Positions 1 through 12,592 of a stretch of 64,000 nt of DNA are shown here, one piece after another. The notes under the pieces are model-generated. The model was not told where the DNA came from. It searched no databases and saw nothing but the letters and a program-made list of their open reading frames with translations. Origin of the DNA: Vicugna vicugna (lineage: Eukaryota); the NCBI GenBank assembly GCA_013265495.1, contig MU057416.1, forward strand, positions 1,544,545-1,608,544, given 5' to 3'. Every line of letters starts with the position of its first letter. Position 1 is the stretch's first letter. Both the position numbers and the translations under genes were made by a program.

Positions 1-403
1 TTCCCACACGACAGCTCGAAGGTAGGCCGCAGCCGGCCGAGAGCACACGTCAAAGGAAGACACCACATACCGGTCCTGGAGCGGCCACACGGGCTTGCGG
101 CCCGACACGGATTTGCTTCAGGAACGTACGTTAGGAGGGAAAACAGCGCCCAAACTTAGGTGCATAAATATTGATTAAAGCTGATTTTGAAAGAATATTA
201 GTAGAAAACAGAGCATCAGAAGGACCCCTGCCGCAAAGCGGGAAGGGCGGCGGCCTGACCCACGAGGCGGGCGCTGGGAGCCGGCGGCGCAGAGACGAAC
301 CCGCGGGCCCCGGCAGCGCAGCCCGCAGCCCGCCGGCCGGCCAAGGCCTGGCTGCGGCCGGTCTGCGGAGGCCCCCGGGCAGACCCGAGAGCCCCAGGCA
401 AGT

Positions 404-1071
404 TGTAAGGAGACAATCTAAGCGTCTTCCTCTTCCTCGGACTCCCCAAGCCCACGTCCCAGGATGCGGAAGGAGATTTTACGTCAGTATTTCAGCCAAA
501 GCCTCAAGGCTCGGACAGCGGGTGACAAATGGGCCCCCAGTTAAGAAAGACGCCGTGAGGCGGGAAGCCCCATAAAAAGACCGGCAGGAGACCCAGGCAG
601 GGCCGCTGCTCTCCTCCCAGCGCCCTCCGGTTTCCTGGCCCAGAGGCTCTCACTTTTGGCCTCTAAACCGGCTAACTTACACCTAGAATTCTATTGGTTC
701 CCTGAGCTCACTTCTGATTGGTTATTTCCTTCACTCCTGGATGGTTACTACTCTCACTTCTGATTGGTCCACTTCCCTAACTTCTGATCGGTCCATTTAT
801 AGTACTTTATTTGCATGGAGCTCATTCCTGATTGGGCTAGTTCTACAAAGCTTGTTCCTGGTTGGTCAACTTCTGTTGTACTTTATTTGCATACGATGTT
901 GCAAAGTGTAAAACTGGCAGCATATAAAAGGCCTGTGTAGTCTGAGCGATGAAGCCCAGAGCTTGCAGTGTTAGGTTTTATGGGCCCGGGGGAGTAACAA
1001 ACCTGAGTTCTTTTATTTCTCGGTGGGAGTCAGGTTGCTGTCTAACTGAGCAGTAACACCGAGCTATAACA
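404..1071 (+). mobile_element. Probable ERV solo LTR with U3-like promoter array
   Basis: Tentative TGT...ACA ends, repeated CCAAT (ATTGG) units, two ATTTGCAT octamers and TATAAAA at 923. No clear target-site duplication. Confidence 0.5.
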
Positions 1072-3039
1072 CATTTTTCTGCAACAGCTGGCCACATTTG
1101 TGCAGGACCGACGAGGAAGGGACCAAACAAAATCGTCAGCAGTCACCACCGCCCACCCCGCCAGCTCCCAATCTGTGAGAGGTTCAGTAAGGAGCCGCCG
1201 GGTAGTCAGGGAGTTCACGTGAGTGGAAAGTGTGCAGCTCCCCTCCCACCGCTAAGCCCGAGGGAAAGGGACCCCAGACGACTTGCTCGCAGAGATGACG
1301 CTGTCGACAAGAGGGGAGACTGGTGTCTCACTTCCCAGCTTAAAGTGTTGGCTAACACAATAAAACATAACATTTTGGAGTAGAAAATGTCCCCAGGAAA
1401 TTGGGTCACAGAGGATGAAAGGAGGGCCCGATATCTACCTCCTCCCTGGAAGACTCACGGGTGGGGAGCAGAGCTGAAGCCGCCCCTGGAGCAGGGCAGG
1501 AGGCAGCCGGGGAGCGGCCCACCGTCCCGGGGAGCTGTCGTCCAACTCTGGAGCAAGGCAGTGCAGTTTCCTGTGGACCCGGTGCGTACCACGGCGAGCA
1601 GCTGGGAAGGGACGGCCTTGGAAGGACCCACCCAAGACGGGGGCCTGCCTGGATCCCAGTAGAGAGAGGCTGTGAGTGACACATCGGAGGCTGGAGCTGT
1701 CAGGCCGGGACAGCCTGCGTCAGACACCCAGTGGGCGCACCAGAGACCTCCCTCACACGCTGTGTGTGGACGCCCGCTGTGCACTAGGTGAGGACAGAAT
1801 TAAAAGCATGATCAGATGTGAGAAACAGCCTTTGCCTCTGTTCCTCTGATCCCTGCTCCACTGCCACCTCCAGGCCTAAAGAAGCCAAGGGCCGTGGTGG
1901 GGAGGAGGTGGAGAGGAACAGATCAGACCCTCACCCACAGCCAGCCCCAAACCACGGGTCTGGCCTGAGCTGAGGGCAAGGGAGGAGCTTTAAGTTGGAT
2001 GAAGGATTGGCATATTTATTTAGATTTAATAAAAGCCCTAAGTTTTTCCTAAAAACTATGGGCACTGCTCCAAAAGTAACTCAAGGGGTGGAGAAGAGAA
2101 ATCCTATTTGGGGCGTGTTTCAAGGAAGTGGTGGTAAGTGAAATCACCTCCTAACTGCACGTGTCCAAGCTCAGCCCACTCAGTACCCACAAGGCCGCAC
2201 ATCCCTAGCCGGCATCCAAGGCTCTCCGCCACCCGGTCCTGACGGCTCTTCGAGTTTATTCCTCAATAACTCATTCCCTCTGTTCCAACCAACAGGACAC
2301 CAACGCCCACATGCATGCCATCTGCCCTTCCGTTGTGGTGCCGTCCCTGCCTTCTTTCTGCTGGTCTGCGCTCCGGTGTTCTGGGAAGGCTTCCCTTTCA
2401 GGCCGCACCTCCTCCACAAAGTCTAACCAACCAGCCCGGATCCTTAATAATCACCCTTTCCTCTGAGTTCCATGTTGCTGATCGGCAGTAAAATAAGAGA
2501 TTCCATCCCCATGAGCACTCTTAGTCCACATGTCCCGGATTTCATTTGAAACAGGCGGGCACCACACCCCTAGCCTTGCTAGCTCTGCTGTCAGCTACAT
2601 CGTGTTTGTGCCCGGCCCTGACTACCAGCCCTGAGGGCGGCGCGTGTGCCCTTGGTGGTTATTGGTTTGTCTGCTTTGGCCTTGCATCTGCAGACTCAGC
2701 ACGTGGCAGGTTCTCGGGGCATGTTTGTTGGTGGTGCTGATGTTGGTGACGAGTCAGGGCTTCCCCATCTCCTGGGGGTCTCCGTAAACCCTCACTCCTG
2801 CTTTAGCTTCCAGACCACCCAACTCTAAAACGCCCCAACATAAACCAAAAAACAAGGATCAGTCATTTCACAATCACTTCCAAAGGCTAGGATGACTCAA
2901 CTGGATTTCTAATGAAGGAATTTCCCAGCTGAACACACCAAGCATTTCGACACAGGAGAGCCAGGAAACAGGAAAGAAGGCAGAGCGCCTGTCCGCGGGA
3001 GGCAGAGCAGAAATCCATGGGCTTGCTTCCTGTTTTGCC

Positions 3040-3180
3040 GGCGATCTGTGGGCCAGGTTTCTAAAAAGGCTTTGTGCCACTTTCTCTATTTCTGAGATGG
3101 GAACAACAATGCACTTTCCTCTGCATAACCAGGGGGCAGGTTAGGAGACCCAAATGAGATGATGTGAACTGCTTTGCTCT
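3040..3180 (+). mobile_element. MIR SINE fragment
   Basis: MIR-core-like text: tttctctatttctgagatgggaacaacaat...aaatgagatgatgtgaactgcttt. Confidence 0.5.
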
Positions 3181-4449
3181 TTAAATCTGATCACACATCA
3201 CTAGCCCTTTGCACGATCTTTTTGGAGAGATGCAGAAATAACTGACCTAAAAGGATACTGGCTTCTCGAAGACTTTTTCTTTGATACTGTTGACAATTTA
3301 GGATTCAAGATTTCGGCCATTTAGAAATAAAACAGCTGGGCCGTGAATCAATGATGATTCATTCCAGAGATTTAAACAAGGTAAAGAAAACGTTAACCCC
3401 AAGGCTCCTCATTCTCTAAAGGTTGGAACTTTCATCCTGACTTCTGTTTTCCGATTCTTTCTCCATGAGTCACAAGGACCCCTCCATGCCCTGTGACGGC
3501 ACAGGCAGGTTAAGTGCAAGATCAACATTTGCTCCCACAAGAAGCAAATAGTCGTGGTTCATCTGCGAATCTACCAAATGAAAGATGATGAAATTATATG
3601 GTGGGTTTTCATTGCCGTATTAATTCTCTGGTTAATTCAGGAAGACAAACCCAGAAATAGAATTGTCTAGATTATCTGTCGTCACCTGAACCTGAATTTG
3701 CTTATTCCACAGACAAATCAGCCAATCCTTCATTCTCCCCTTGCTCATTTAAAACTGGTTTGGGTGTTCAGAGCAACATGTCCAATGTGTGATCTTTTTC
3801 CCTGGTAGAAGGGGCCGGGCTCCAGCCTCAGCTAAAATCTCGGGGGCCAGGGGGCACAGCCGTCCGTGGGTGCAGGTGAAGGGAACGGGGGCCAGAGGCC
3901 AGGGACCGATGCAGGGGTCCAGGGAGGAAGGCACCGACAGCAAAGCAAGATCAGTGCATGTGTGATGACAAGTTTCATTTTCCTGAAGAAAAATTTCTTT
4001 GTAAAATTGGGGTGTCTTGTATTTCCAGATCTGGTGGTTTGGAAAAAGAAGCCCTGTCATTTCCTCTAACTTGCATTTAATCTTACGTAGCGACAGTGAT
4101 AAACCAACTCAAAAATTAATAGGCTCCTTGCTAAGAATTTGGTGAATAAAAACAAGAATCCCGAACTTTGTAGGTAATTGTCGAAAAAGTCAACCACACT
4201 CCTGAGGCTTAAGTCTAGTTGTCTGATGTCACTGTGTGAAATTAGTGTCCTTTAACGCATTTTCAGGTTTATACGGTAATTAAGCTAGAGGTGTAGAAAT
4301 ACGACAAGCTCAGGGTGAAAAGCAGCTATTTAATCCCGTAGGCTGACGATTTTTTACTTTTACGTCTCATTTCTAAACACCCAACAGCACGGTGCGACCT
4401 ACACACGTAATCTGCCGTGTCCAGGTGATTCCAACCACGAGGCCAGGTT

Positions 4450-4860
4450 TTGCACCCAGAAGGCAGTGCCCCTTCCCGCTCAGTTCCCGTTCACTGCTGA
4501 TTGGACCAGAGGGTCACGCCTCTCCCAAACAGCCAATCAGATTCTCTCAGAGATCTGGGGTTACGACGCTGGTCAATCTGTCAGACACGTGTAATGAGAC
4601 GTGATCTGGAGGCAGGGCTGGGAGCGAATGTTTACCAATGAGCACAAGGAAAGAGCTCTGCAGAGAGACAGACAACGAGCGCAGAGGACAGGGCCGGAGC
4701 GAGAATGCAGAGGTTCAGTATTCTAATTCCTCGTGTTGCTCCATTCTTGGGAGTCTTCATAATAAGTCCAATTACTTATAATAAACTCCTTGTATAGTAC
4801 ATTTTTTGAGATAGCTGGAGTAGATTTCTATTGCTCCAAACCTAAACAGATCTAATGAAG
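4450..4860 (+). mobile_element. Old MaLR LTR (MLT1J/K-like)
   Basis: Paired CCAAT motif ctgattggaccag...agccaatcagattctc and a 3' end aataaactcc...gctggagtagatttctattgct, typical of MLT1. Confidence 0.5.
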
Positions 4861-5344
4861 AAACCCTGCAATGTCACTGCAGCTGAGTATTTCAAAGAAG
4901 ATTTCACCCAAGCATCACCTTAAAGACTTATGACAGTTTTTATATTTATATTTTTATTTTTAATTTTTTTATGGCAGTTTTTATTGCTGGTGTAATTGGA
5001 CTTCAGCTCCTTCAGGGGTTTTGGTAGGCCAAGTTGTGTCAAAATGCAAGAATTGTAAATTCATTATTGAAAAGAATGATTATAATTTCACATAGCTTAT
5101 TTAAAATACTTTTTATAAAATATTTAAAGGAATATGTTATTGATTTTCCTGTCAAAAATTTCCTTCTCTGAATATTGAATTAGAGCAATAATTCCAAGTT
5201 TCCTTTAAGAGACACTTTAGAATTAGGGAAAACAATTATAATTGATATTTAATTTTTAGGAAAGAGTCACAAAATGCATTAAGATGATTTCCTCATCTGC
5301 CTCGCTCTATACTAGACGTTACGCAAGATGAAAACCTTCTTTTG

Positions 5345-5515
5345 ACAAGGATTTACTGTCTAGTGCAGGAAACTTCTGTATCTTGTAATAAACTCTAATG
5401 GAAAAGAACTGAGAAAAGAATATAGATACATGTATAACTGAATCACTTTGCTGTAAACCTGAAACTACCACAATATTGTAAATCAGCAGTACTCCAGTTA
5501 GGAAAAAAAGAAATA
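5345..5515 (+). mobile_element. 5'-truncated cetartiodactyl L1 3' end with TSD
   Basis: ataactgaatcactttgctgtaaacctgaaact...attgtaaatc plus A tail. TSD gaaaaccttcttttg (5330-5344) / gaaaactttcttttg (5516-5530). Confidence 0.85.
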
Positions 5516-6039
5516 GAAAACTTTCTTTTGGCTAATACTAGAGCAGTAACGAGTGATCAGTGTCTCATGTCATAGTTGGCTTGGTACGTGTTCGAATTTT
5601 CACACCAAATTTATTAGGGGATATTTGAACATTTCTGGTAAATTCTCTAAATTTAAATAAATATAAAAGTAACCTTACATCATTTACCCTCGCTGCACAT
5701 GCTGGAGTTTTTCTCCAGGCTTTTGTAGGCGAACAATGCGCCTGTGAGTCTGACTCAATATTTTGATAGAAATAACCAGGAATGTTACACGTTTTGCCGT
5801 TTTTAGTTATTAAAAGTCACAGGGCTCAAACAGGTAGAACTGAAAGAGAATTTTTTTTCATGTCATCAAAGTCTGGGATAAAACAGGGATCACTTCAACT
5901 GTCCCAGATATTAATGGCGGTAAATAAGAAGGACATCAGTTAACGAGCGAAAATAGTCTTTCTGATGTTTCTGCTGTTGGACCCCAGGATGGTGAATTTA
6001 GGACATTTGTTTTTAAAAACAAGCTTCCTCTCTAACTAG

Positions 6040-6510
6040 AACACGCAGTCGGGAGGGTGCAGCCGACAACGTACAGCTCCATGGGTTTCGGCACCACGAG
6101 GAGGCACCTCAAGGAGCTCTAAGGATGAGGGACCTGGCGCACCAGGGGCTCCCGCCGCTGCCCTGGCTCTGACGCCCGCGGCCCCCCTCGGGCTGTGCCA
6201 GTGACAGAGCGCAGCGGGACAGCAGAGCCCGTCCCTGGGAGACACGGGCTCCCCGCCCGGCCCGCATGGCCAGCTGCCTGGAAGACTCGCCATCAGCTTG
6301 GTGGCTCCTCCTCAGCCCCACGGCCACCTGGGATGCCCCAGCAGCGTCCCTCCTGCGCTTCCCTCCAGTCAGACCTGCGGATGACGACTGTCCCTGTCTT
6401 CCCAGCCAGCTTCCCGTTCTCTCTCACGGGCATTCCCCTGATAAACTCCTCGTGTGTGTGTTTATTTCTGACTTGGTGACTGCTTCTTAGAGAACCCAGA
6501 CGAACACCAC
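6040..6510 (+). mobile_element. ERVL LTR (LTR16-like)
   Basis: 3' end ctctctcacgggcattcccctgataaactcctc...tgactgcttcttagagaacccagacgaacac resembles the LTR16 terminus. 5' boundary uncertain. Confidence 0.55.
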
Positions 6511-7329
6511 GTGAACCCACCACGTGGCCGGCCCCACGTGGCCAGCCCCAGATCAAGAAACAGAACTAACGGGCCGAGAGACCCCCGTGTCTCTTCCTTC
6601 CCATCCTCCCCCCTCCGTCCTCCAAGGGCAAGCACTATCTTGACCTTACTTCCAAAGTACAGTCATTTTGGGGTTCTCTGTAAGTGGACCACACAGAACA
6701 TATTCTTTTACATCTGGCTTCTGTAATGTAAGTTATGTTTGAGATGTTCATCTGTGCAGGTACATCTCATATACTTCAGAAAGATTTGGGGTTTGATTCA
6801 TTCTAGTTCTTGATAGGCCTGTGGACTTACCCCATCAAGGTGACAGTGACTGCCCCTCCCCGGCTCCTGAGTAAACAATCCCTACTTAGGAGCTGCAGTG
6901 CACCGGGAACGGATTACCTGGAACGCCTCTTGTTAAGTAAATCAGGTCCATCCATGTCTTCCTCAACTTAAAAATTAAATCTCATTGACCTTTACCTTTA
7001 CATGCAACTAAATCCCTGGAGGACAAATGGCAGGGTAGGTGTCAGGGTGGGATTTCAACTAAAAACAAGATAGGTTTTTTTTTTAAATGCCCTACGTTAT
7101 ATAAATACCCCAAATTTTCAATGCAGCATGATTTTCAGCAGCCTGAGTCTATCCCTCCAACCCACTAAAAATGCTCTCGTAAGGTTACCAGTGACCTTAT
7201 AGTTTGTCCAACAGCTTTAGGTACTTTCCTGTCCTCATTTTATTCGACCTTCCTGCCGCTCTGAATACCACTGCCCATGCTTCTCCTGGAAGTGTCTCTC
7301 CGCTTCGCTCTTGAGAGACACACAGAGAT

Positions 7330-7535
7330 GTGAAGGTGCACGCTTTCAAGCCAGACTGTCTAGTTTTGAGTCCTGGCTCCGAATTAGACAGCTGTGCAAC
7401 CTGTTTCAAGATGATTTGAACTTTCTCTGCCTCCATTTCATGATCTTCACAGGGAGATCATAACCCTGCCCACCTCAAAGAGCTGTTGTAAGATTCGCGT
7501 GAATTAATACACGCAAGACCCTTAAAACAGCATGG
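7330..7535 (+). mobile_element. MIR SINE
   Basis: agccagactgtctagttttgagtcctggctcc...tttctctgcctccatttc...ctgttgtaagattc...gaattaatac. Confidence 0.7.
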
Positions 7536-8912
7536 ATGCAGATCAGATAGATGTGTCTGCTCAGATCAGTCATTTCCTATTTCTGGCTCATTCTGAACTC
7601 CTGGCTGGGCCTCAGTTGTGTCGCAGGCTCCCACTTTTCCCCCCTGATCCCCAAAATTTTTGTTCACAGCAATTCTCTGCTACACTTTCTCTCCTGGACT
7701 CTTTCCCCGGGGCCTCTGCGTCCACAGCTCAGGTTAAGTGAGCCTTCACGGGGTGACCTCCCTCGGGAGCTCCAGACTCACATTTTTTTAACTGATAACT
7801 GAACAGCTACAGGTCCCACAGACACCCCAAGGTCATTATGCCCAAAAGCGAATCAATTCCGCCCTCGCCTCCAGCTTTCCAAACCTCCACACCTTTCCAT
7901 AGCCAGTGGAGGAGCGTGGGAACTAGGGCAGGGCACTCTTTCCACGGCTCATTTAACAGAAGAGGATAGTGCGATGTTCACCCTGGCCCGAAGGATGGTC
8001 AGCAGAGAGAAGGTGCTTTTCAGGTTGTTTAAAGGGTAGAAATAGCATCCCTTGGAGGTCACAGGAAGGGTTTTAGAGCAAGATATGCGTGGCTGTAAGA
8101 TACGCTTTGAGAGACTGAGAGGAAAAGCATATGGCGGGGAGAGCGGGAGCCCACCCTTCTCTCCTCCTGTGCCCGGGGGAGCGGAAGCCCCTGCTCCAGG
8201 CAGCAGAGGCCAGACGGAGGAGGGGACTTGCCCGGAGCCAGAGCCGGTGAAGCTCTGCCACTCGCTGAACCCACGAGAGGACCTGATTCCTGAGGAAGGG
8301 GCAGCACATTCCAGAAACAGGCGTGAAGACCCCAGGAGGGGGAAAGGGTTAAAAAAAAGGACAGTGGAGAGAAGGGAGCAGCTCGGCCTTGGAAGGCGGG
8401 TCTGCAACCAGGGGCTCCCTGAAGACCAGGCGAGGGAAGCGGTGCCCTTGCTGCCTGACAGGGGCGGCAGGACGCGGGTCAGGGGCTCAAAGCCCGTGTC
8501 ACCCTCCGGCCCTGTGTGGTTTGGGTTTCTCACTGGGGCTTTGTGTAAAGAACTACTGAAACGCTCTGCAGAGGCCAGTGTTTGTTCACTTCAGGAAGCA
8601 GTTTTCTGAAACAGAGTGTGAAACACGTGAGGGACGGGCGGCCTCTACCCCGCGCCGCCGGCAGCAGAGCTGGGTGCCCGGGGAGAGCAGCAGAGCTCCG
8701 GCCGCCGGGACCTCGTGTCCACGAGCCCGTCCCAAGGCCCTTGAAGAGGTGGCATGCGCAATTGGCCAAGTGTTTTTGGGAAATGCAAGCTAGGCATCTC
8801 TGCATTCTTTCTCTATGAAGCTTCCCCACTGCCCACTCCTGTAAAATTGCAGAAGCTTCAGCTACGTAAAACCTGAGTCAGACACCCTCCCTGACCCCGA
8901 AGCAACAGACTT

Positions 8913-9014
8913 CTCTTTTTGTTTGTTTGTTTTTTAATGGAGGGACTGGGGATTGAATCCAGGACCTCGTGCACACTAACCATGCGCTTTACCACTGAGC
9001 GCTACCCACCTCCC
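8913..9014 (-). mobile_element. Camelid tRNA-Ala-derived SINE (Vic-1-like)
   Basis: Minus strand reads gctcagtggtaaagcgcatggttagtgtgcacgaggtcctggattcaatccccagt plus A tail. TSD agcaacagactt (8901-8912) / agcaacaggctt (9015-9026). Confidence 0.88.
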
Positions 9015-9749
9015 AGCAACAGGCTTTTAAGCATCACGACAGACTGAGAAACTGAGAGGAAACACCAGCTCCCTGAGAGAAACACTAGTCCCTAAAAACA
9101 CTTCCCTTCTCCAGACACGTCTCCAGGGACAAAAAGAGAAAACAGAAGCAGAAACACCCGTTCGTCCCGGGGGCTCCCGGACGCTGGTTAGCGGGCTGCT
9201 TTCTAGCCCACCTCCTCTGCCGCCACGCCCATCCGCTCGTTCGCTGGGCCTTGTGTGTCCGCCCGCCCGAGACACGCGCCCCGCCTCCGTCTCCGTCAGG
9301 CTGGCCGCACCGGGCCCGTCCTCCCCGGCCGCTCCATCGACGCGGGCTGCCGTGCTCTCCGGAGCGATCCCGTGGCGCGCCGTCCTCCAGCGCGGTCTTC
9401 CCGGAGACAAGTCTGACGGTGTCACTGCCTGGCTTAAACGTGCTCAGTGGCTTCCAGCACCCACCGCCAACCTCGTGGGCAGCCCTTCCCAGGCAGGTGT
9501 GCCGCGGCCGACACTGGGGCTTCCCAAGCATACGCAGGACGGTCGGTGGTTTTAATTAGCCGTCACGGGGATGAAATATTTCACTGTAACCATCATTTTC
9601 ACGGTGTGTGCTCGGAAAGTAAAGCCAGCACATCAAAGCCATGATTTCTTGGGGATGACTGCTTACGGCGGGGTGAGGGGGAAGGCAGGCAGCACCACGG
9701 TAACCTGCCTGTCACAGACGTCACAAAGCACAGACGTGCCTGTGTCACT

Positions 9750-10310
9750 GCAGCACGAAGAAAAGATGCTCAAGGTAACTGAAGGGAAAAATAAATTATA
9801 CCCAAGGATGACAGACTGACGGCAAACATCTCAGCAGCGGCAGCAGAAGCCCCAACGCAGTGGAACGGCATTTCTGAGCTGCTGCGAAACCCAGTCAATC
9901 TAAAATTCTATATTCGGGTAACTATCAGGAGGGTGAGGGTGAAATACAGAATTGTTTTTCCCAGATGAAAACAGAATTAATCAATCCAAGAACCTCACTG
10001 GAAAAATCTATTATTAAGGGATGTCTTTCAGGCCAAAGGAAAGTAATCGCGGAAAGATCTACCTTAGTGAAAACAGAAGCGGCCAGCAAAGACGTTGGTC
10101 AGTAAGGAGCTAGGTCTAAACAAATCTGTTTCACAAAACCAACAGCAGTAATTAGATAAAGGCTAATTCAGGAGCACAAAACACTGTGGAAGTGAAACAT
10201 TGGACAATAATGGCGTATAACATGGGAAAGAGTTACCACGACTAACAGATTCTAAGGTACAATGATCCAGAGAACAGGGGAGACTCGGGACACCCTTGGA
10301 GTTTTCAGTT
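9750..10310 (+). mobile_element. Degraded old L1 (ORF1 region) remnant
   Basis: agactgacggcaaacatctcagcag...agaagcc...cagtggaacggcattt...ctaaaattctatattc resembles the L1M ORF1 C-terminal region. Confidence 0.5.
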
Positions 10311-10320
10311 AAAGTATGCA

Positions 10321-10643
10321 CAGCTACTCCTTCACATCCGTGGGTTCCACGCGCACAGATTCAAACAAGCGTGGATGGAAAACATTAAGAAAAAAAATTC
10401 CACAAAGTTCCAAAAAGCAAACCTTGAATTTGCTGCACACCAATAATATTTACATAGTATTAACATTATGTTGGCAACCATTCACATAACACTTACAGTG
10501 TACGAGGTACTGTAAGTAACCTAGAGATGATTTAGAGTATGTGGGAGGATGTGTGCAGGTCACATGGAGGTGCTACACCGTTTTATATAAGGGTCTTGAG
10601 CACCCGCAGATTTTGGAATCTGTGGGCGATCCTGGAACCAATC
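10321..10643 (-). mobile_element. MER2 (TcMar-Tigger DNA transposon)
   Basis: atccgtgggttcc...gtaacctagagatgatttagagtatgtgggaggatgtg...ttttatataagggtcttgagcacccgcagattttgg...cctggaaccaatc is the MER2 reverse complement. Confidence 0.8.
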
Positions 10644-10659
10644 GAGTAACATAAAGACA

Positions 10660-11480
10660 ACGCGAAAACAAAATGCGCAGAGGATACTAATGGGCAAGTC
10701 ACAGAAGAAATTCAATTAACATGAAATAAAAAGGCTCCAACTCACTTGAAATCAGAGAAATGCTAATTGTAACAAAAATGAGCTAGCATCACCATATGTC
10801 AGACCAGAAAAAATGTGAAAGTCCGATGACGTCAAGTGCTGGTATAGACGAGGAACGGGAAACGCACGCTGCGGGTGGGAGTTCAAACTGGCACACTTCT
10901 GAGAACAATCGAGAAACACACGTTTAGTTGAAGAGATGCGTCTTCATGCCATCCGCAGCTCTCGCACGTGTGCCCTGGGAGACAGGCACAGCAACGTGCG
11001 CTGCGACACCATCTGCAACAGCAGACAAGCAGAAACCACCTAAATATCCACTAACAGTAAAACGGACAAGCAGATCGTGGTACATTTGTATAAAAGGATG
11101 CTGCACAGCAACAAAGTGAATGAACTTGAGTGAAGTGGGTCAACACGGGTAAATGTTAACGTTGATTGAAAGGGAGTCTGTCATTAATATAAAATCTAAA
11201 AGCATATGTCGGTACTGTGTTTCATTTATGACACATTCATATGCAATAAAATTATAAAAAGATGCAAGGGGAGAAAACATTTGGTGTATAATAACGCATA
11301 CGTGGGAGGCAGAGGGTGAGGAGCGGGATGGGGAAGTACACAGAACATTTTAACTGCACCTGTAACATTTTATTTTTTAAAAGTTGAAGCAAATATAGAA
11401 AATACTCATATTTGACAAAGATTGGTGGTCAGTACTTTCTATCATTTCCTGTAACTTTCTGTAAAGTTCTTGAAGTATTT
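10660..11480 (+). mobile_element. Old L1M ORF2 end and 3' UTR remnant
   Basis: aggctccaactcacttgaaatcagagaaatgc...aaaccacctaaatatccactaacag...gtggtacatt are L1 ORF2-end motifs. Confidence 0.7.
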
Positions 11481-12339
11481 TAAGTAAGTTCCTTGAAATA
11501 TTTTAAAGCAAAGTAAAACCAATCCTGCTTGATTTATACCTTCAAATAGTTGCATTTGTTGCTTAATCCAGTAACATTATTCTAACATTTTGAACTTGAG
11601 TCGGAATGTCTTAGGATATACTGATTTAATACCAGAAGTTTTTGCTTATAACACAGCAGACGAATAAAGCGTTTAAAATCATGCAGTGTTTTTCGAAATC
11701 ACTTCATGAGGGTGAAAGAGTGAAGACAGTCGTGTTTAATAAAAATGAACTGCTGAAGGAAGAGTGAGTCAGGCGAAGGGGCACTCAGGGTCAGAGAGCA
11801 GTTCGCTGAGCAGCCAGGCGGAGACAGGAGCCAGAGAAAAGGGAAATGAGGTTCAAACACGCATTCACGAGACAAGAATTAAGGGAGCAAAATGAAAAGT
11901 AACGGAGTGGACAACTCTTTACGTAATTACAGAGACTATTTGAAAAGGCAGAACTAGATGCCAAACGTGACTTCACTTACCTGAGGCTGTTCCCAATGTC
12001 ATCTTCAATACCCGTTTCCGAGATGGGGAACCTGAGGAGGAAGAAAGCTGCCCGCTGGTCCGTGCAGGGCCGGCAGTAGGGCTCGTTGCCCGGAGGTAGA
12101 ACGCACAGCACCCCCCCCTCCACCGCCCAGGGCACTTGGACGCAGGGATTCCTTCTCTTCTTTGCATCTCCTGACGCACCTGGGCCTCCACCTGCTTTGA
12201 AAGGGTGCTGGTGGGGGTGAGGTGAGAGGGCAGCGTTGGGGACACACCCTGGGCAAGAAAAACCTAAAAGTGGTGGCAGCAGAGTGACGCAGACAGACTG
12301 GGTTAGATTTTTAATGCCTGTATGGTGTTCCTCTTGCAT

Positions 12340-12592
12340 TTTTTTTCTTAAAATTTTGTTTATTATTGAAGTGTAGTTGATTTACAGTGTTAGTTTCAGG
12401 TGTACAGCAAAGCAATTCACATACATATATACACATATGTACATACGTATACATACATATATACATATACATACATATATATACATGTGTTTTCAGATTC
12501 TTTTCCATTATAGGTTATTATAAGAAATTGAATATAGTTCCCTGTGCTATTGTTTATCTGTTTTACGTATAGCAGTTTATGTCTATTAATCC
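12340..12592 (-). mobile_element. Cetartiodactyl L1 3' end with internal (TA/CA) microsatellite
   Basis: ttattgaagtgtagttgatttacagtgttagtttcaggtgtacagcaaag...cagattcttttccattataggttattataag...gaatatagttccctgtgctat. Simple repeat at ~12420-12487. Confidence 0.85.

Noticed and set aside
1..400. Possible promoter or first exon of the upstream neighbour gene (DDX59 in human synteny)
   Set aside because: CpG-rich, but no recognisable coding sequence or splice structure supports it.
1330..2190. Possible ancient Gypsy-type LTR remnant
   Set aside because: Only vague resemblance; family and boundaries cannot be supported by eye.
7949..8609. Overlapping 185-194 aa ORFs
   Set aside because: Non-ATG starts, no recognisable protein family or exon structure; GC-rich intergenic or repeat-derived sequence.
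8941..9014. tRNA-Ala-like sequences (also ~13980, 43985, 54700)
   Set aside because: A-rich tails, TSDs and degenerate stems show they are SINE copies, not tRNA genes.
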